From the NCBI GenBank assembly GCA_963806595.1, contig CAWDZZ010000004.1, positions 191,209 to 255,208 of the forward strand: 64,000 nucleotides of DNA, given 5' to 3'. Position numbers and translations under genes: made by a program. This stretch comes from an uncultured Isosphaeraceae bacterium (GTDB lineage: Bacteria > Planctomycetota > Planctomycetia > Isosphaerales > Isosphaeraceae). The notes below the pieces were generated by a model that made no database searches, had not been told where the DNA came from, and worked only from the letters and a program-made list of their open reading frames with translations. This document shows positions 58,983 to 64,000 of the stretch, piece by piece; the stretch's first letter is position 1, and every line of letters starts with the position of its first letter.

Positions 58983-59619
58983 GCGTGTGCTCCAGGTCGA
59001 TCAAACAACGCCCAAGGAAATCTTACCAAATGACACGCTGCCGCCTCGATAGCTGCTAGTTCGACAGCGGCCGCTTCGCCAACGATGCGTATGGAGGTTG
59101 TTAGCGATTTTGCGCAGCCGACCGCTTTCGGTTCGGCTACGCGAGGACCGACGATCACTTGTCTTGCAGCCATGATGTTTCAAGTTCAGATCCAGTACGA
59201 TGCTCGCTGCACAGCATGGTGAACGGTAGCGTCGCACTGGCCCACGCCCGACAACGCATGGATATCTCGCTGTCGATACACGCGCGGGTCGGACGCGGAC
59301 CGGGTGATCCGCTCCGGTCACGACCGGCCCGTCCCCGCCCAGCGATCCCGCCCGAGCGGATCCCGGTAGCACTGATCGGCTGCACGACGCAGCGGATCGT
59401 ACGCACCGGGGCTTGCCCCGTCCGTCGCGTCGCGCCCGCCCCGAGATGACGAGCGTAGCCCGGCAACCGACCAGCGACATTTCTCGCCGCCGGGATTTGT
59501 CGAATGGTAGGATGACCTCCCGGGACCTGATGCCCCCGACCGACGGATCTCGCCGTCGGATCCCCACCACACCCTTCCCCGGGAGCCGCCCGAGCCGCCG
59601 TGGGCATATTCCAGCTTTC

Positions 59620-59712
59620 TGGTCTTCTGTGGCCAAGCCAGTTATGTGGCGTTGGCCTGAGCAACGGCCCGTTCCTTCGAACCGGACACTGGTCGAACGC
59701 CACATAAGCTAT
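59620..59712. repeat. Left terminal inverted repeat of the RIT element with paired, inverted CCACATAA core motifs.
   Basis: '...GGCCAAGCCAGTTATGTGGCGTT-(44 bp)-AACGCCACATAAG...'. Confidence 0.75.
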
Positions 59713-60728
59713 CGGGTTACAGGGTCCGAAGGAAGTCCATCAGCCCCGCGTCCTCCTTCCACGGCTTGCCGCTCGTCTTGCCGTCGACTTCGCAGTTGGC
59801 CAACGCCTTGGCTTTCATCTCCAGATCGACTTCCGCGTACACGTTCGTCGTCGCCAGCGACACATGCCCCAGCCACGCCCGGATCGTGTTGATGTCCACC
59901 CCCGAGCGTAACAGGTGCGTCGCCGTCGTGTGCCGGATCGTGTGCGGGCTGACCCGCTTGGCAGCCAGCGACGTCACCTGCGCCGCCGCCCGAGCCGCGG
60001 AGCGCTCCACCAGCGTGTGGATGCCGAACCGGGTGATCGGCTGGCCGCACCGATTCAGGAAGACGTGCTCGGTCGGGCCACGGTCCCGCACCAGCACCGT
60101 CAACTCGCGGACCGTCTGGGCCCACAAGCGGGCACCGGCGGGGCTTGTTCCCCTTGCCCCGAATCAGGACCGATGCCAGGTCGCGCTCGGGCACTTGCGG
60201 CAAGGTCAGGTCCTCGATGCGGGCCTGGGCCGCCTCATCGGCCCGAGCCCCGGTGTTGTACAGGAACAGCAGCAGGGCGTGATCCCGACGGCCCTGGGCC
60301 GTCGACAGATCCGGCGCCGCGAGCACGGCGTCCATCTCCGCCTTCTCCAGGTACGTGACCAGCGCCCGCGGAGCCTTCTTGAACGGCACCGCGCACACCT
60401 GCCCGCACCACTCGACCAACTCCGGCGCGTGCAGGCCGATGAAGCGGGCCAGGGCGTGGATCGCGGCCAGCCGCTGGTTCCGGGTGGCGATCCCGCACCC
60501 CCGCTTCTCCTCCAGGTCGTTCAGGAACTGTCGCACGCGGTCGGCCGACACGTCGGTGACGGCGAGGCGGTCGATCGGCTTGCGGGCGCGACGGACGACA
60601 CTCGGGAGCAACAGCCGCAGGGTGTCGCGGTAGCTCCGTTGGGTATTGCGGGCGAGGTTCCGCTCGCCGGTCAGGTGCTCCATCAGGAACCGGCGGACCC
60701 ACGGCCCGAGCAGGGAGGCATCACGCAT
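59709..60728 (-). CDS. Tyrosine recombinase, third gene of the RIT trio (RitC-like), with one apparent frameshift near 60130.
   Basis: The N-terminal SAM-like core-binding region is in ORF 59709-60728. The catalytic 'HTIRHTTATHLLRSGVDINTIRAWLGHVSLATTNVYAEVD' lies in ORF 59717-60127 in a different frame. The ATG overlaps the ritB stop (ATGCGTGA). Confidence 0.75.
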   Translation of the reverse strand: MRDASLLGPWVRRFLMEHLTGERNLARNTQRSYRDTLRLLLPSVVRRARKPIDRLAVTDVSADRVRQFLNDLEEKRGCGIATRNQRLAAIHALARFIGLHAPELVEWCGQVCAVPFKKAPRALVTYLEKAEMDAVLAAPDLSTAQGRRDHALLLFLYNTGARADEAAQARIEDLTLPQVPERDLASVLIRGKGNKPRRCPLVGPDGPRVDGAGAGPWPDRARLPESVRPADHPVRHPHAGGALRGSGGGAGDVAGCQAGQPAHDPAHDGDAPVTLGGGHQHDPGVAGACVAGDDERVRGSRSGDESQGVGQLRSRRQDERQAVEGGRGADGLPSDPVTR

Positions 60729-61670
60729 GGCCGTCCTCCCCGCGGGCGTACCGCTCGAATCGAGTGCCGGCCTGCTGCAGCAACTCCGGGGTCATGGTCA
60801 GGTAGACCTGCGTGGCTGCCAGATGGGCGTGCCCGAGGTACACGGACAGGTGGTGCACGAGCCGCTGCACGTCCGCCCCCTGCCGGTACCACTCCGTCAG
60901 CCGGTGGACCGCGAACGTGTGCCGCAGGTCGTGCAGCCGAGGCTGGTAGCGGGCGTCATCGGAACGGCGGACCTTGGCGTGCTCCCGGAGTCGCTGGAAG
61001 GCATCCTCCAGCGTGTCCAGGTGAATCGCGGCCCCACGCTTGCCGAGGAAGAAACGGCCCGTCGTCGCCCACCGCCGGGTGGGTCACCGCTCGCCATCGA
61101 GCATACTCGGTCAAGACACTCGTCAGGTGCCGGCTCGATCGGGACCAACCGGGACTTGAAGAACTTGGTATCCCGGACGGTGAGGATGGCATTCGGCAGG
61201 TCGACGTCCGCGACGGACAGATTCAGCGCCTCGCGAGCGCGCAAGCCGGCTCCATAGAGCAGCAGCAGGATCGCCCGCAGGGTCTCCGGTTCGATGCCCG
61301 TGCGGCAGCGTCGGTACGACGGGATCGCGTCCAGCAAACGGCGGATCTCGTCCCGCGAGTAGATGTACGGGACGAAGGGCGGGGGCCGCTTCGGGAGGAC
61401 CGTCGGCAACGGGGCCTCGTTCAGATGCCCACGGCTGACCGCAAACCGGAAGAACCCCTTCAGCGCGTGATACTTGATGTGCCACGCGCTGGTGACCGGC
61501 CCGGCGCCGGCCAAGAACGCGGCCACGGCGTCGGCCCCGATCGCGGCCACAGGCGTCCGCGGCCCGACCGACCGGCAGAACGAACGGAGGATGGACTCGT
61601 TGGTCTTGCACCGCTCCCCGAGCGTGCGACGGAAGGTCACGTAGTGGGTGACCAGATCGTTGATGTTCAT
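60723..61670 (-). CDS. Tyrosine recombinase, second gene of the RIT trio (RitB-like), with an apparent frameshift near 61100.
   Basis: 'LLLLYGAGLRAREALNLSVADVD' (Arg-I box) in ORF 60897-61670. 'HDLRHTFAVHRL' and 'LSVYLGHAHLAATQVYL' appear in the alternate frame extending to ~60723. A 4-bp ATGA overlap links it to ritA. Confidence 0.75.
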
Positions 61671-62926
61671 AGCAGGCCCTCCAAGTCGAAGTCCCCGACG
61701 GCTCGCAGCCCCAGAAGATCGACCTTGGCGTAGATGCGGGTCGTCTCGGGCGACTGGTGCCCGAGGTGATCGCCGATCTCCTTCAGCGACAGCCCTTGCG
61801 CCAGCAGGTGAGTGGCACAGGCGTGCCGCAAGGCGTGGGGGCCATAGTGGGGCAAGGGCACGTTCAGGGCGTGAAGCCGCCGGCGAACGGCCTGCCCCAG
61901 GCTGATGCGGGTCAACGGCTGGAACGGTGCCCGGAGGGTGAGGAAGACCTCGCGCCGGGCCGATCGAGGGCGCACCTCCCGCAAGTAACGGAGGACGGCA
62001 TCACCGACCGGGCGGCACAGCGGATAGGTCCGCGGCTTCTGCCGCTTGCCGTGCGGGACGGTCAGCATCTCCCGCTGCCAATCGAAGTCCTCCAGGCGCA
62101 GGCCCACGACTTCACCGGCGCGGAGGCCGTAGACCGCCAGCAGCATGAGCAGGGCACGATCGCGGATGTCGGCTGGTCGGTTTCCCCGCGCGGCGGTGAG
62201 TGCCCGATTCACGTCGTCCCAGGAAAGTCCGGCCGGAAGGGTTTCGTACGGGAAGACCCGCGGGGACATGATCGCGGCCGCCAAGCCGGCACGACACCAG
62301 CCACGGCCTTCGGCATACCGGAAGAAAGCCCGGAGGGTTGAAGCATAGGTCTGGACGGAGACGCGAGCATAGCCCTCGTCCCGGACCTTCCTGGCCAGCA
62401 GCTCATCCACCTGGGCGACGGTCAGAGCATCCAGCCGCAGGCCGGCTTCGTCGATCCGCGCGAGGAACTCGTGGACGTCCCGGCATCGGTACTTGGCGGT
62501 CAGAGGAGAGAGCCCGCGCTCCCGAAGCATGTGAGTCGGTGAACTGGGCGACGTGCTCGGCATACGGCCTCGGAGCCGTGGCCGGCGGTTGCAGCCGCCC
62601 GAGGAAGGTGAGCCATCGGGTGGCATAGCCGGTGAACCGGAGCCACGAACGGCGCAGCTCGCGCATCGCTGGCGGTCTGGGATGTCGGTTGGCCCAGCGG
62701 TCGGCTCTCGGCCTCGATCTCGGCCCGCGTGATCGAGTTCGCCGGGCCGGTCGGCCAGCCGCAGGGCTTTCGCGACGATGAGGGTGTAGATGGCGATGCC
62801 CCGCAACGTTCGTGGGGACATCTGCTGTTCGGCACAATGAACCAGGTATCGGCGGCGTTCCTCGGCCAGAGGGCCATTGCGCTGGCGTGCCAGCGCGTGC
62901 GGTCGCTCGAAGAGTTGCTCGAACAT
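61667..62926 (-). CDS. Tyrosine recombinase, first and longest gene of the RIT trio (RitA-like). The catalytic domain is intact; the N-terminal ~130 codons show frame ambiguity.
   Basis: 'LLAVYGLRAGEVVGLRLEDFD', 'HALRHACATHLLAQGLSLKEIGDHLGHQSPETTRIYAKVD' (R..HxxR..Y). Alternative-frame ORFs 62403-62837 and 62500-63012 carry plausible N-terminal segments. Confidence 0.8.
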   Translation of the reverse strand: MFEQLFERPHALARQRNGPLAEERRRYLVHCAEQQMSPRTLRGIAIYTLIVAKALRLADRPGELDHAGRDRGREPTAGPTDIPDRQRCASCAVRGSGSPAMPPDGSPSSGGCNRRPRLRGRMPSTSPSSPTHMLRERGLSPLTAKYRCRDVHEFLARIDEAGLRLDALTVAQVDELLARKVRDEGYARVSVQTYASTLRAFFRYAEGRGWCRAGLAAAIMSPRVFPYETLPAGLSWDDVNRALTAARGNRPADIRDRALLMLLAVYGLRAGEVVGLRLEDFDWQREMLTVPHGKRQKPRTYPLCRPVGDAVLRYLREVRPRSARREVFLTLRAPFQPLTRISLGQAVRRRLHALNVPLPHYGPHALRHACATHLLAQGLSLKEIGDHLGHQSPETTRIYAKVDLLGLRAVGDFDLEGLL

Positions 62927-63159
62927 AGTCGAACCTCCTTCGTGAGATGGGATGGGAGGATGGTCCGACTCCAGAGTAGGATTGCTTTGTACGTCTGACC
63001 CAGCCGCTCCAACTTGCGAGCTGGTAAGGTGTGGGAGAGAATTGGGAGAAGTCCCTCGGATCAGACGCCTATGGGATGTGGAAGTGAGCGCCGATTAGCA
63101 CGTCTGATCACCGGTCGGTCGGCGAGGAGAACCCCCGTGTTTGGTGTCCGTGAAGACCT

Positions 63160-63622
63160 GATGATCCTGCTCGACGACATCGACACTGGACCGCTCCTCG
63201 AGTTCTGGCGTTGGCTCCTGCCCGGCTCGCTCCGTCCTTGGTTCGCTACGGCACTCGGCGACCTGTCCCTGGTGGGACCGGACGGCGAGATCCTCTGGCT
63301 GGATGTGGGCGATGGGCAGCTGCAAACCGTTGCCGCGAGCGAAGACGAGTTCCAGAGGGCCGTCGCCGACCCCGACAACAACAGCCTTTGGTTCGGGGCG
63401 GTGCTGGTCGATGCCCTCCGCCGGGCGGGCAAGGTGCTGAAGCCAGGGGAATGTTATAGCTACTGGAAGCTCCCGATACTCGGCGGGGAGTACGATCCAG
63501 CCAATTTCCGGGTCTATGATGTGGTCACGCATTTCCGGGTCTGGGGACCGATCCATGAGCAGCTACGGGATCTTCCAGATGGCACGCAGGTCGTCTTTAA
63601 GGTGGTGAACCCGCCAGCCTAA
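63160..63622 (+). CDS. Passenger ORF inside the RIT element, between ritA and the right inverted repeat. Hypothetical; possibly an immunity-protein-like or SMI1/DUF1851-like fold.
   Basis: ORF 63014-63622. The likely start is 'MILLDDIDTGPLLEFWRWLL...'. The C-terminus is 'GECYSYWKLPILGGEYDPANFRVYDVVTHFRVWGPIHEQLRDLPDGTQVVF'. Confidence 0.45.
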
Positions 63623-63665
63623 CCTCTCGGCGACCTCTCCCTTGTCGAGGCCTCGCCGGCGCTCA

Positions 63666-63785
63666 GCCTTATGTGGCGCCCAGAGCGAGCGAAATAGCCA
63701 GGCTGAAGGAAGAAATCCGGTCAACGCCACATAACTGGCTTGGCCACAGAAGATCTCTTATGTGGTCGACCACATAACTGGTCCA
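63666..63785. repeat. Right terminal inverted repeat of the RIT element: an inner 'TTATGTGGCG', an outer 'AACGCCACATAACTGGCTTGGCC', and a 20-bp palindrome 'TTATGTGGTCGACCACATAA' just outside.
   Basis: This arrangement mirrors the left end. The extra palindromic copy lies beyond the inverted-repeat boundary. Confidence 0.75.
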
Positions 63786-63819
63786 TTGCTACTGCCGCCC
63801 CATCGACGGGAGTCCTCCG

Positions 63820-64000
63820 ATGATTCCAGATCAAAAGAGAGTCCTGCCCGCCCGGACGCGCCGGCGTTCGTTCGTGATCCTCGGGATGTTGACCTGGCTC
63901 CTCGCACCGATCAAGGCCTCAGCCGGACCCGCCAAGGACCCGGCGACGAAGGTCCGGGTCAAGGCGAGCCGGCCGCTCCGGCGTGAGGTCCGCGACGATG
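63820..64000 (+). CDS. 5' end of a secreted or membrane protein gene (signal/TM segment 'RRRSFVILGMLTWLLAPIKASA'). Continues beyond the window.
   Basis: Open reading frame from an ATG at ~63820 to the window edge, with a hydrophobic N-terminus. Confidence 0.3.
   Translation, partial: MIPDQKRVLPARTRRRSFVILGMLTWLLAPIKASAGPAKDPATKVRVKASRPLRREVRDD

Larger units (their letters stand above)
59620..63755 (-). mobile_element. RIT ('recombinase in trio') element: three adjacent, overlapping tyrosine recombinase genes flanked by ~32-bp terminal inverted repeats, plus one passenger ORF.
   Basis: The left end 'TCTTCTGTGGCCAAGCCAGTTATGTGGCGTTG' at ~59621-59652 is the reverse complement of the right end 'CAACGCCACATAACTGGCTTGGCCACAGAAGA' at ~63722-63753. 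Each end also carries an inner inverted copy of the CGCCACATAA core about 45 bp inboard. Confidence 0.8.

Noticed and set aside
59001-59705. 234-aa minus-strand ORF and nested 59155-59703 ORF between the antitoxin and the RIT element
   Set aside because: The translations are Arg/Gly/Pro-rich low-complexity sequence typical of spurious ORFs in GC-rich DNA. The ORFs also run across the RIT inverted repeat.

Overview
High-GC (~67%) chromosomal segment with strong Planctomycetota signatures, probably a Gemmata/Isosphaera-type genome. These include DUF1559 'H-X9-DG' pseudopilin-like proteins, a TIGR03000 domain, secreted giants whose N-termini carry the 'LExRxLL(S/A)' motif, and three ECF-sigma + Ser/Thr-kinase gene pairs with TPR or WD40 tails. 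Ordinary content is a formate dehydrogenase operon (alpha subunit with an in-frame TGA at the conserved selenocysteine position, beta Fe-S subunit, NrfD-like membrane subunit, FdhD), a GT41 TPR glycosyltransferase, an astacin-like protease, a cadherin/Calx-beta giant, an RTX-like repeat protein, a beta-lactamase-family hydrolase, rhodanese, an NAD-kinase-like gene, an SPFH protein and a Uma2 endonuclease. The clearest accessory feature is a 'recombinase in trio' (RIT) element at about 59.6-63.8 kb. It has three tightly overlapping tyrosine recombinases, terminal inverted repeats built from a repeated CCACATAA motif, and an unusual passenger ORF. An orphan Phd/YefM-like antitoxin sits just outside its left end. 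Other noteworthy signals are a conserved 'AACAAYGGTACCTGACACCTTTTT' repeat present in five copies at three intergenic loci, a low-GC islet carrying an ISAzo13-like transposase remnant, and an AT-rich intergenic island. Many genes carry apparent single-nucleotide frameshifts, concentrated in kinase, formate dehydrogenase and recombinase genes, and both STK-TPR paralogs carry an in-frame TAG. This points either to uncorrected assembly indels or to real pseudogenisation. Reported coordinates follow the supplied ORF track, merged across presumed frameshifts, and are approximate where stated.
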